This document shows, piece by piece, positions 31,586 through 41,103 of a stretch of DNA of 64,000 nucleotides (within the stretch, counting starts at the first letter, position 1; every line of letters begins with the position of its first letter). The notes under the pieces were generated by a model. It had not been told where the DNA came from. It searched no databases and worked only from the letters and a program-made list of their open reading frames with translations. The DNA is from a virus (Duplodnaviria; Heunggongvirae; Uroviricota; Caudoviricetes), in the IMG/VR virus record IMGVR_UViG_3300033489_000001, positions 347,619 to 411,618 of that record. One strand, written 5' to 3'. The position numbers were made by a program, and so were the translations under genes.

Positions 31586-33336
31586 TAAGTCCCCCCTTCA
31601 AAAACGCCGCCCTCAGCAAAATCCGAAGGACCAACTGGACCTAACCCATCAGGAGCCGTAGGCAACTGTACATTAGGGCTTAGTTGGGCATTATTAGCAC
31701 CTGACAATGCCGGAGTGTTTGAGCTTGTTGTAGCTAAAGAAGGAACTTTTGCCTGACCATAAGTGTATTGAGCGTCCCCTAAGTGGTCGAGAAGGAATGT
31801 GGCTCTGACCGTGAAAGAAAACGAATACTCTAATGAAAAGGGCGCGGTCTCTGACTCAGTGAGGGAAAATGAATCGAAGGAACCTACGTAAAGAAAATTA
31901 TCATAATACAGGTATACACTTCCGACTACGGAAAGGTTTTTTGCCTTTGACCCCGCTGGAACAAGAGGGTCGGGAAACCAAACCCCTCCATTATTCTTAT
32001 AGATGAGCCAGAGGGCTAACAAATTCTGATAGCTTGTTGAAAACTGACGCGCGGTACGGGTCAAACCAGGGCCGGTAGCATCAAGAACGGACATTGAATA
32101 AAAGCCCGCTACTTTTCCAGAGCCTTCAATCTTATCTTGGGAGTCGCCCCAGAACTCAATTATTGGACCACTTCGTCCCCAGTTACCATCGGAGATTATC
32201 TTCTCGGCTGATACCCTAAACGATTGTGGATTTACCAAGAGCCTGAGTGGGGGTGTGTCAGCCATTTGCTCTAAAGCATTGATCATCTGATTGATCATGA
32301 CTTGCTGTTGAGCCATGAACTTTTTACCTAAATTAGTCTGATTCAAATCTTTGTTGGCTACTTGAGAAGCCGTTTTAGATGCCTGTTGGGCGTTATCAGA
32401 ACCCTTAGTAGCCCACTTAGAAGCTGTCTCCCCATCTTGATCAACAGCACAAGAGGGAACTATTTCTTTATCAGCTTTCGCATTAGCAATAGCCGCCCCA
32501 TTTTGCTGTAACCATTTTACAGGATCAAGACGTTGGGGTACTCCAACATAACTAGGGGAAGTACCTTTATTAGCAACGATGCCGGATGATCTAGGAAAAC
32601 CTTCAACACGCTTAGACAAGACTTCAAAATGTAAATGAGTTGCAGGAGCAAATTTACTATTTACAACAGGAGTGTCAGTATTCCCCACATAACCAATTAC
32701 GGTACCAGCCGTAACCTTAGTTCCAACCGCCATCCCCGGTCCAAAATCATCCATATGAGCATAGAGGGTTATATTGCCATTGGCGTGCTCGACCATGATT
32801 ACGTGGCCGTAACCAAGCCTAGTTCCATTTGGAGAAATATCTACTACAGTACCATCAAGTGGCACCCTGATTTCAGACCCTTGTTTTGCACCAATATCAA
32901 TGCCCTGATGCAGTTTAGTACCCCCTCCTTGTACCTCACGTACTTCATGAAACGGCCTAGTGAGACATCCATTTTGAACAAGTCCTGAACCAGGCCTGAC
33001 TACAAAATCTGCTGGGCGAGTGTCATCCGTTTGCGGAGTTTCTGGGTCTAAATCAAATTTAGTATCATCTCCTTGTCCCAAAGCCTGAACCGACGCAGAC
33101 CGGTCTAGTAACCGGCCTGACACATTAGATGAAGGGGGGATCAATCCTACGGCAAAGAGTAAAGCCCGATCAGGGCCATAAGACTGAACTGTGGTTAGAG
33201 GAATAAATTGTCCGTCCAAAGGCTCTTGTTGGTTTTCCAAAGAATGATAAAAAGATAGCAACTCGTAAACAGCGGGCTGATAGAAATCCGCAGATTGTTC
33301 TATCTGTAAATAGACCTTATTTTCACTAGTAGCCAT
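31585..33336 (-). CDS. M23 peptidase fused to tail-tube-initiator-like domain
   Basis: HQGIDIG (HxxxD), TLYAHM and HLHFEV (HxH) are M23 motifs; C-terminal LLVNPQS...YVGSFDSFSLTE...YSFSFTV tube-fold domain. Confidence 0.85.
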   Translation of the reverse strand: MATSENKVYLQIEQSADFYQPAVYELLSFYHSLENQQEPLDGQFIPLTTVQSYGPDRALLFAVGLIPPSSNVSGRLLDRSASVQALGQGDDTKFDLDPETPQTDDTRPADFVVRPGSGLVQNGCLTRPFHEVREVQGGGTKLHQGIDIGAKQGSEIRVPLDGTVVDISPNGTRLGYGHVIMVEHANGNITLYAHMDDFGPGMAVGTKVTAGTVIGYVGNTDTPVVNSKFAPATHLHFEVLSKRVEGFPRSSGIVANKGTSPSYVGVPQRLDPVKWLQQNGAAIANAKADKEIVPSCAVDQDGETASKWATKGSDNAQQASKTASQVANKDLNQTNLGKKFMAQQQVMINQMINALEQMADTPPLRLLVNPQSFRVSAEKIISDGNWGRSGPIIEFWGDSQDKIEGSGKVAGFYSMSVLDATGPGLTRTARQFSTSYQNLLALWLIYKNNGGVWFPDPLVPAGSKAKNLSVVGSVYLYYDNFLYVGSFDSFSLTESETAPFSLEYSFSFTVRATFLLDHLGDAQYTYGQAKVPSLATTSSNTPALSGANNAQLSPNVQLPTAPDGLGPVGPSDFAEGGVFEGGT

Positions 33337-34010
33337 TAGGTATGGGTATTCAACGACTTAGTTGTGTTATTCTGTGTTTGAAAGTTAGCATAATTAGAGA
33401 CCCCTCTGGCAGCTGGATTAATACTTAATCCGGGGATTTTCATTAGCTCTTCTTCCACTTTGAAAGTCCACGAGATCCGAAAAGCAAAAGGCTGGTCAGC
33501 AGTTTCTTCAACTTCAAAAGTTCGGAAGTATCCTATATACGTCCCCCGATCATACATGAGCATTATGTTCCCTTGAAGAACAATATTGCCGTAAGGATCA
33601 TAGACGCTTCCATTATTACGGTATAGATCTTGTAAATCACGGTAACGATCCCAAGCAATTGTCTTTTGCCTGAGTACCGATGATAACCCAGTATAGACAT
33701 TCATAAATGCTCCTGTAGAACCATCGGCGCTTATGTCTGTCAATTCCTCTCCCCAAAATTGTTCGACCCATCCACCCCGAGTCTGAATACGATCAACCTT
33801 CTTAGTGTGATTCTCAGTATAATTTTGGGGATTAATGTGAAGCACTAAGGAATGAGGCAATAAAACTCTTAGACTATTAAATGGACTCGTTACTTGAAAA
33901 GCCATTGGGATAAAAGACTTCCGCTGCTCAAGCCCATGCGTATAGTTAGGGCTCTCCGAAGGAACCTGTAAAAGGTCAGAATCAGTATTAGCTGACGGGA
34001 TATGAGGCAT
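33336..34010 (-). CDS. Tail tube initiator-like protein (gp48/gp54-like)
   Basis: LHINPQNY...QTRGGWVEQFWG...YIGYFRTFEVEE...ISWTFKV; paralogous to the C-terminus of 31585-33336; follows the tape measure gene. Confidence 0.65.
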   Translation of the reverse strand: MPHIPSANTDSDLLQVPSESPNYTHGLEQRKSFIPMAFQVTSPFNSLRVLLPHSLVLHINPQNYTENHTKKVDRIQTRGGWVEQFWGEELTDISADGSTGAFMNVYTGLSSVLRQKTIAWDRYRDLQDLYRNNGSVYDPYGNIVLQGNIMLMYDRGTYIGYFRTFEVEETADQPFAFRISWTFKVEEELMKIPGLSINPAARGVSNYANFQTQNNTTKSLNTHT

Positions 34011-34021
34011 TCAAGCTACCT

Positions 34022-37000
34022 TTAATGAAGACGTTTGTTTTGTTCAAACTTAGCTGAGCCCTCTACCACTCTGGCTTCGATAAACCTACGAAGATCACCC
34101 TTCAACTCCAACTCAACTTTTACATTTCCACCGCCTCTACCTCCACCGGCACCGGCCGGAAGAATCTTTTCCCCCATGCCTATCGGAGTCCAACCTTCTC
34201 CTGGAGGCAGTTTAGACAAGTTGGCCCGGCCATTGGTTATACTAGCTACCACACCTCCAGAAGCTTTAGGTGCAGCTTTTTCAGCATCAGCTATTGCTTT
34301 AGCTAAAGCCGCTTGCGGACTACCTAAATCCGCAGCTCCTCCAGCCACCTTTTGACCTATTGTGGTAGCATCAAAAGCCCCTGTCTTTAAACCTTTAGCC
34401 ACTTGTGTTCGATCCAATTGAGAATACATATAGTACTCAAAGAGACCTTTTCGGATTGCTTCAAGCGAAGAATCTGTCATCACCGATTTACTCTTTTCAA
34501 CGGCTTTAACAGTAGAATCTGTGACGGCTTTCTTATATGCCGGGGTGGGTTTGGCTAAAGGAATACCTTTTTTAAGAGCTTTATTAGTATCCTCTACAGC
34601 CTTTGTGGTTGCCTCTTGATGAGCGGCCACAGGGGGTTGTTTAGTTGCTGGAGTAGCAGCAGCAGTAGTAGTGGTAGCAACACCACCAATAGGAGCTACT
34701 TTAGCTGCAAGATCTGCTTGTCCTAATAGATACTTGGCAAGATCTTTAGCATCCTCATGCATACCCCCTTCTCCTGCCATAGCATAAAGATCTTTTACGG
34801 TCACATTCTGATAATCAGTGAGACTCTCTAACTCTTTCATCCGTTTTTCAATGTTTGCCGCTTCCTTTGGGGTGGCTGATTTAAGAGATTTTTGCAGATC
34901 TTTATTCTCTGCTACAGCTGCTTGAACGCTCCTGATAAAATCCTTACCAACCGACTCAATCATTCTTGTTTTAGCTGTTCCTACATCCCCTCCAGCTCCT
35001 TTTACAGCTTTTGACAATCTTGTATTACCTAACTGATCAATAGCTACTTGTAACTTATCAAAATCAGAAGCACCAAAAAATTTAGAACCAGAAAGCATTT
35101 TCCATATACCAGTCATTACATTATATATCTGATTCATCAAAACATCGAAAATCATACCCAATCTATCTATGACGCTAGTCTGTTGATCAGAGATCCTCTT
35201 CTGATAATCAATTTGCTTGAGAGAACCCTTAAGTGCGTCCTGTTCATCAGATGACAAAGCTGCAAACACATCGGCATAATCAAGATCCCTTAAAGCTTTG
35301 GCTTGCTCAACCCCACTTTTTTTGGTGTCTATATTCAACTTTGCAATGGCATTAGTTTCAGCCTCAGTAAGCGCTTTGTCTTTCTCTAGCTTAGCTGCCA
35401 TATCAGCCTGAACTTGCATAACACCCTGCTTCATCTTGAACAAACCGTCTACTTGTTCATCACTTTGTCCAATTGCATTTCCTGCTGCAACACGCTCTAC
35501 TCCAGTAAGATCTTCCAGCGGTTTTTTAAACATCTTCATTGATTGAAGCTGCAATGCAGCAATTACAGCCATTGGACTTGCGTCTTTAAGCGCCGATGCA
35601 ACATCGATCATACTGCCTGAAAGTAACTTACCCTGCATCCTAAAAGCATCCCAAATAGCGCTCTTTTGAGCACCAGTCATATCTCTCCCATTCTTAGCCA
35701 AGAAATTAGTTAGGTCTTCAGGTTTTTGATTCTTCACTAATTCAGTAATATCCACCCCAATATCTTTACCTAACATATCCAGTCTGCGGCTAAGGTCCTT
35801 TTGAAGAACATCCTTAGTTTCCTTCGTTCCACCCATAGCCGTTGCCCTAACACGACCCATGAGATCCATACCCTTATATGTCTGTGAAATCGTTTGTAAA
35901 AACTTCTGGGCTTCCCGAGGGCTCATAGACTTACCCAAGGCCATCAGAACTTGAGTAACGTCTTCCAAACGTAAAGTGAATAAGGTAAGATCAGCGGAGA
36001 AGCTACGAATGATCCCAAAGAACTTGTTTGTGGCCATTCCAGCTTCTTCAGCTCCTGCGGTCATGTACTGAAATGATGATTGAACGCCGGTAAGGCCCAT
36101 ACCAATTTCAGTCATCATCTCGCCTTGGAGCTGTGTGATTTCATTCAAACTAACACCCCAAGCACGAGAATAAGCCACCGACATTTGAATAACGGAAGCC
36201 TCATCTTTGGCGTAACCCGTTGTACTTTTCATCTCTTGCTGCAAACGCTTCAAAGAAACCCCTTCAGCCGTAAGAGCATTCATGAAACTAACGGAAGTAT
36301 CCTTAGATATACCCCACATCACATTGTCCCAACTCATAGCCCCATCTCTCAGTTTACCAAGGGAGCCCTCTAAATCAGCTGCCCCAGCCCCCACATTTCC
36401 CATGTTATCCTGGAGGAATTCGGCCGTTCCGGCGGTAGACAAAATTGATTTATTGAACTCTTTAGCCGCTGCTTCTGCATCAACTAAAATCTTGATGAAA
36501 CTCATCATGAAAGAACTCATGATCCCAATTACGGGACCGAGTTTACTAAAAGTCTTTAGTGCATCACCAATGCCCCCAGCCGCACCTCCAACCGCTTTAA
36601 GCATACCTCCCCCCGCCTTGCCCGCAGCTTCCCTAGATTTTGCTTTTTCCAAAGTCCGCTGAGCAAAAAGACCAAAAGATGAACCAGCCTTTGCTGCTCC
36701 TTTTAATAAAGGCTTTCCTACAGCAAAAGCACCAATCGCAAACGCTTTTTTGAAAAGCGCTGGAGCATCCTTACTAGCAAAATCTTGAAGAGGAGAAACC
36801 AACCATTCCCCCGATGCCTTAGCCGCTTCAGGTAATGCCTTCGGGAAGTCCCTCATTGCATTAACAAGTCCTGAAGACTTCTTTGAAGATGCCTCTAATC
36901 CAGCTTCAACTTCCTCTCTTTGCTTCTCCGTTATAGCAAGTGCCTTCTTAGCGTTTTCCGCGTTTTTCTTGTTCGCTTCTGTCTCTACTTTCGACCGGGC

Positions 37001-37441
37001 TATAGTTAACTCTAGTTCCTTTTCAGAGGCAGCGAATGCCGCTGTTGCTTCTGGCTTTTCACCTTTAGTGTCTCTTTTCCTAAGAGCTTCTAAAGCTTGC
37101 TTTGCATCTGTTACTTTCTGTATTGCAGCTAGCTCATCTTTATGGTAACCTTCAGCATCAGCAGCATATTTCTTAAGCGCCTCTCTTTGCTCAGAAAGTG
37201 TCTTTAATAGTTGTTCGCGTACTTTTGCTTCCTTCTGTAAAGCCGGGGCAGAAGTCTTTCGCACTCGATTGGTTTGAGCAATGTATTTAAACAGACCAGT
37301 GGTTAGATTCTTTTCGTTCTTTTCAACTATCTTGAGGCGCTTAGAAAGCTCACTCTGCATCCGTTTAGCCGCCTGAATAGCGGCTTTGGGATCAACCTCA
37401 TATTTGAAACTTAAAACGGTAGTTTCTTCTGTTGTAGGCAC
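34022..37441 (-). CDS. Tail tape measure protein
   Basis: 1139 aa, A/K/M-rich helical protein with a hydrophobic stretch; C-terminal KASGG...GEKILPA...VKVELEL; sits between chaperones and baseplate genes; GTG start with AGGAGA SD. Confidence 0.8.
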   Translation of the reverse strand: MPTTEETTVLSFKYEVDPKAAIQAAKRMQSELSKRLKIVEKNEKNLTTGLFKYIAQTNRVRKTSAPALQKEAKVREQLLKTLSEQREALKKYAADAEGYHKDELAAIQKVTDAKQALEALRKRDTKGEKPEATAAFAASEKELELTIARSKVETEANKKNAENAKKALAITEKQREEVEAGLEASSKKSSGLVNAMRDFPKALPEAAKASGEWLVSPLQDFASKDAPALFKKAFAIGAFAVGKPLLKGAAKAGSSFGLFAQRTLEKAKSREAAGKAGGGMLKAVGGAAGGIGDALKTFSKLGPVIGIMSSFMMSFIKILVDAEAAAKEFNKSILSTAGTAEFLQDNMGNVGAGAADLEGSLGKLRDGAMSWDNVMWGISKDTSVSFMNALTAEGVSLKRLQQEMKSTTGYAKDEASVIQMSVAYSRAWGVSLNEITQLQGEMMTEIGMGLTGVQSSFQYMTAGAEEAGMATNKFFGIIRSFSADLTLFTLRLEDVTQVLMALGKSMSPREAQKFLQTISQTYKGMDLMGRVRATAMGGTKETKDVLQKDLSRRLDMLGKDIGVDITELVKNQKPEDLTNFLAKNGRDMTGAQKSAIWDAFRMQGKLLSGSMIDVASALKDASPMAVIAALQLQSMKMFKKPLEDLTGVERVAAGNAIGQSDEQVDGLFKMKQGVMQVQADMAAKLEKDKALTEAETNAIAKLNIDTKKSGVEQAKALRDLDYADVFAALSSDEQDALKGSLKQIDYQKRISDQQTSVIDRLGMIFDVLMNQIYNVMTGIWKMLSGSKFFGASDFDKLQVAIDQLGNTRLSKAVKGAGGDVGTAKTRMIESVGKDFIRSVQAAVAENKDLQKSLKSATPKEAANIEKRMKELESLTDYQNVTVKDLYAMAGEGGMHEDAKDLAKYLLGQADLAAKVAPIGGVATTTTAAATPATKQPPVAAHQEATTKAVEDTNKALKKGIPLAKPTPAYKKAVTDSTVKAVEKSKSVMTDSSLEAIRKGLFEYYMYSQLDRTQVAKGLKTGAFDATTIGQKVAGGAADLGSPQAALAKAIADAEKAAPKASGGVVASITNGRANLSKLPPGEGWTPIGMGEKILPAGAGGGRGGGNVKVELELKGDLRRFIEARVVEGSAKFEQNKRLH

Positions 37442-37518
37442 GGGCTATTTTCTCCTAAATGGGGTCACTTTTGAAGGAGATCTTAATTGAGGTAAACCGT
37501 ACTCCAAAGTGATAGTAA

Positions 37519-38496
37519 TCAAGCACAAGCCTGACTCCTATCACTAATCAGATTTGAGGCTGTGCCAACGTCTGAATTCTCAGATCCTTTGGTAGTAAAC
37601 CTCTGGCCATTCGGTTTTGGCTCCTTTGTTTTAAGCCGATCTAAGGAACCGATCCTCTTTAGGAGGCTTCGCTCTCTTAGAAGGGCTCTTACTTCCGATG
37701 GATTTTCACAGCGATCAATTTGTTTGTCCCCGGAACGTCCGAGCAAATTAATCGCTCCAATCACATCAGCATGAGACTTTCTGCCGCAGTTCTGACAGAT
37801 AAATTTTACCCCAGATCGGTTCGACCTAGATATGTACCCGCAAGAGGGACACATCTGAGAGGAGTAGGCAGGATTGACCCCTTCAACCTTAGCTTTGTGG
37901 GACAAAGAGTTGTGAAGCGCTCTATAGGCAAATCTCTTTTGCCCCCTACAACCTCTTAGGTCTAGATCTTCAATAACGAAAGTATAGTTAGGATAAGTTT
38001 TGACAAGCTTGTTAGAAATAGTGCCAGTAATGGTCTTGATCTGACCTGAAAGCTTCACTTCTAGGCGAGCAAGCCTTTTTGAGTCACTCCTGATTCCTTT
38101 ACCGAACTTACCCGGCTTTTTGAGTTGATATTTTCCTATGCAACGAAGTTCTAGTTTTTGATGACTAGTTAGATCTTGAGTATTTAAGTACTTCCTAAGT
38201 TTGTGAGCGTAACGTTGTTTGATCCAAGTTTGGATTAGGTTTACAGCTTGTCTTTGAGCGCTCTTACCAATGTGAGAGCTGAGAACATTGAATATTGGGA
38301 AATAGCCTCTACACTCAGAAAGTAAGACATTGTCTCTTTTATCAAAAACCATTTTATCAATACAATTTTGGACATAGAATCGGTAGGCAGTATGAAGTTC
38401 ATCAAGCTTTAAAAGCTTTCCAAAGTTAGTTTCTGGAGATGCATAAACGATCCTAGCTTTCATCAACTTCTTACCTGCTATCATTTTTACGAACAA
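37519..38496 (-). pseudogene. tnpB: TnpB/Cas12f-like RNA-guided nuclease, internally deleted (no RuvC-I)
   Basis: RuvC-II IEDLD, Zn ribbon NPAYSSQMCPSCG...FICQNCG and RuvC-III HADVIGAINL are present. There is no GxDxG RuvC-I motif, and the sequence jumps from KPGKFGKG to IRSDSKRL. The frame is intact. Confidence 0.8.
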
Positions 38497-38503
38497 TTGG
38501 CTT

Positions 38504-38521
38504 TATATATATATATATATA
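38504..38521. repeat. (TA)9 dinucleotide microsatellite
   Basis: tatatatatatatatata immediately upstream of tnpB. Confidence 0.95.
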
Positions 38522-38543
38522 ATTAGACATTGCTTTTACTAAG

Positions 38544-39836
38544 TTACTTTCTCCTAAACGGAACGATCATCGAAGGTTTTTGTGGGGGTAAAGAAATTGC
38601 CTCCGATATATCTCGGTTGGTAGAAGAAATTTCAACACTCGTTTCCTGTCCGGTCACACCCCACTTATCTAGGAATGCTTCTGTCTTTTCATCGGCTATT
38701 TGAGGGTATACTTGCATACGTCCTACTGCTTGAGCTTGAAGTTGTTTTCTACGCTGAACCCGTTCCTCAACCTCTTGAGAAGTAAGTCCCTCTAGCTCTG
38801 AACTTCCAACAACATTTCGATTACCAAATCGAATAACACTTTCTTTGGCCGCTTCCTCTTGTTGACGCTGACGTGCCTGATAGTTTTCACGAATCCGCTT
38901 TTCATGTTCCTCAATTACCTTGTCATGCCAATCCTTATCACCACGTAAGTCCTTCTCAAGTTGATCTGCTAACTCTTCCACTGTGCGAGGCACCGTAACT
39001 ACAGCGCCAGGAAGTACGGCCGTTTTTTCAGGTGTTTTCTCTCCAAGAACAACTTCTCGTAGAAGTTTATCCTTTCGCGCAAGCCGATCCTCTTTCTCTT
39101 TACGTCTTCGATCATTGTCTTGGTTATAGACTTTTGACAAACCTTTTCCTGCAAAGCATGAGCCGATAAACTTGGCGTTTTCCCAATCCCGCTCATATTG
39201 CTCATTGCGATCTTCTGCTAAGTTCAACGCTCGCCAAAGCTGTTGTGCCCAATTGAGACCTAATCGTTGCGTTCCTTCAATACCGGTGACCGCTGGAGTC
39301 GTTAGATCAAGCCCCTTAATCTGCATCCAACGATACCTGGATACCGCCTCCATAGCGTAAGCTTCCGTCAAAGTTACAGCGACAGAAGCCCGCCTATTGA
39401 CTTCCGAAACATGCCGAATAATTTTGGCCTTAGCTTCTTTTGGAAGTTCGGAAAAGGTATCAGCTAATTTTGAAATCCATCTCTCACGGTCAGATAAAAT
39501 ATTACCCCCATCGACCATGAATACCCCGTAAGCAAGGAAGGTACTCCAAAAGCTCTTAGCTACTTCCTTCTCCCTAAGCATCCCGCTGAATCGTAAAAGA
39601 TCAAATTCATGATGATTCAAACTCTTAAATACAAAATAAACCCCATTTATCTCTGCTACCACCGTAAGAAAGCCACGGTAGAGCATTGGCTCGACATCTT
39701 TGTAGACTTCGGGATTTACTTCAGGATCTTGAGGAACCGGAATACGAATATCTTTCTTAGGCTTAGACTTGCCTTCATATTCGTCTTTAAGCCTTTGCTG
39801 TTCTCCTTCATATGAGCGGGGACCATTAGACATCAA
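38544..39836 (-). CDS. Putative tail assembly chaperone 2
   Basis: 430-aa charged helical protein between tube and tape measure; FVFKSLNHHEF resembles LTLRNLRPDEY of the upstream gene. Confidence 0.5.
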   Translation of the reverse strand: MMSNGPRSYEGEQQRLKDEYEGKSKPKKDIRIPVPQDPEVNPEVYKDVEPMLYRGFLTVVAEINGVYFVFKSLNHHEFDLLRFSGMLREKEVAKSFWSTFLAYGVFMVDGGNILSDRERWISKLADTFSELPKEAKAKIIRHVSEVNRRASVAVTLTEAYAMEAVSRYRWMQIKGLDLTTPAVTGIEGTQRLGLNWAQQLWRALNLAEDRNEQYERDWENAKFIGSCFAGKGLSKVYNQDNDRRRKEKEDRLARKDKLLREVVLGEKTPEKTAVLPGAVVTVPRTVEELADQLEKDLRGDKDWHDKVIEEHEKRIRENYQARQRQQEEAAKESVIRFGNRNVVGSSELEGLTSQEVEERVQRRKQLQAQAVGRMQVYPQIADEKTEAFLDKWGVTGQETSVEISSTNRDISEAISLPPQKPSMIVPFRRK

Positions 39837-40954
39837 AGTTTAGCTGGTGATCGAAATCTTGGATTTATCCCGGAACGAGGGGGCTGGTCTAAAATGGCAC
39901 CAACTGCATTGGGGTCCACGGGGGCTTGTTTTCGTACTTCAACAACTTCTATAGGCTCATTGCCAAGTTGTTGATAAATCGGGATGTCTCCATCTTTACC
40001 AGGCATTACAATGTCTGCCATTCCAGCATCCACCTCAAGCGCGGCAATCTTAGCTGCACGATTGAGCGGAACGTTTGAAGAACTCTCTTCTTGAGTAGGT
40101 TGCGCCACGCTTACGTTTACGGGGGCTCTCCGGGCTTCAATGGCTTGTTGTAACGATTGATGAGGGTCTACGGGGATTCTCCCCACAGGCTGATTTAGAG
40201 GCTGCCGTAGCATCCCAGAAGAGATAACTTGTGGGTTTGGAACAACTGGCTCAGTAGCTGAAGAAACCTCTTGGAAAGGCTCTGAAACGGGCGTTTCCGG
40301 GGCACCCTTCGAAGCCTCTTCCGCACGAGCCAATTGGTCTGTACGTTCCATGGCAGCCTTGATTTCTTCAGCCGTAGTCTTCCGCATGAAACCAAGCTCA
40401 TCCAGAACGTGATCGATCAAACTATCAGGTAAATCCCCTTCACACTCTTTAGCTTCCAGCAGTAGACGGCGATACTTTTCTTCGTTCGTTTCTTCTGGCA
40501 ACAAAAACGTAATGCCTTCTTTGGCTTTCCGCTCGGCTTTTTCAATTACATCCGTAAACTTACGATAAGCCGTGTAAATAGCCTCCTTGCTCCAAGTGGA
40601 TACCACATGCTTATTCAAATACGCATGTAATTCTAACTTTATAGTGCGAAGTTTTTCGGGATTCTTTGGGTCCGGTTCCTCTTCCTCAACATACTTTACG
40701 TCATGAAGATCCGCGCCATTAATTACTACAATTGATCGAGAAATATGCTCAAGCTGATAAGCATTGAGATATGCCTCGCTATCAAGGCCCTGACACGCCT
40801 GTAGAACTGCTAGGTACTCATCAGGACGTAAATTACGAAGAGTGAGTTCGCAGTCTTGTAATATGAATGACTCTTCAACCAGCCCTATGTTTTTGGCTTT
40901 GAAGAGAGCCGCATTGAGATTTTTTGCTGCTATGCCCGGCATGTCCATCCTCAT
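39833..40954 (-). CDS. Putative tail assembly chaperone 1
   Basis: Directly after the tube gene; ELTLRNLRPDEY...LEHISRSIVVING chaperone-like pattern; low-complexity C-terminal half. The true start may be the third Met (MPGIAAK), which follows GAGGA. Confidence 0.55.
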   Translation of the reverse strand: MRMDMPGIAAKNLNAALFKAKNIGLVEESFILQDCELTLRNLRPDEYLAVLQACQGLDSEAYLNAYQLEHISRSIVVINGADLHDVKYVEEEEPDPKNPEKLRTIKLELHAYLNKHVVSTWSKEAIYTAYRKFTDVIEKAERKAKEGITFLLPEETNEEKYRRLLLEAKECEGDLPDSLIDHVLDELGFMRKTTAEEIKAAMERTDQLARAEEASKGAPETPVSEPFQEVSSATEPVVPNPQVISSGMLRQPLNQPVGRIPVDPHQSLQQAIEARRAPVNVSVAQPTQEESSSNVPLNRAAKIAALEVDAGMADIVMPGKDGDIPIYQQLGNEPIEVVEVRKQAPVDPNAVGAILDQPPRSGINPRFRSPAKL

Positions 40955-41077
40955 TTCAGAGGATGGCGGCCAACACTAGAAGATGAATCTGATTTGGGTC
41001 TGCATTTGTACTACGCTACGAACTATAATTTACATTTAGTTTGATTCGTTTTGATTCAAATCTAGAAACCGCCATCC
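40945..41077 (-). promoter_or_regulatory. Structured leader with mutually exclusive stems over the SD and an RRAY-repeat loop
   Basis: ggatggcgg 40961-40969 is complementary to ccgccatcc 41069-41077 (plus ctaga 40976-40980/tctag 41061-41065). An alternative hairpin pairs ccatcctc 40945-40952 with gaggatgg 40959-40966. Confidence 0.6.
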
Positions 41078-41103
41078 GCGTAAGAACCAGCAGACCTACC
41101 CAA

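Larger units (their letters stand above)
37490..38540 (-). mobile_element. Non-autonomous IS200/IS605/IS607-type tnpB-only element (ends approximate)
   Basis: tnpB without tnpA, inserted between the tail chaperone and tape measure genes, which are normally adjacent. The exact ends cannot be resolved by eye. Confidence 0.55.

Noticed and set aside
37451-37480. Hairpin TCTCCT/AGGAGA sequestering the tape measure SD
   Set aside because: Only 6 bp with an 18-nt loop; compatible with chance.
37490-38540. Terminal inverted repeats GTAAA...TTTAC around tnpB
   Set aside because: Only 5 bp match, and tnpB-family elements do not normally use TIRs.
39820-39860. Programmed frameshift between the two tail chaperone genes
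   Set aside because: No XXXYYYZ slippery heptamer is visible near the junction; the genes simply overlap by 4 nt.
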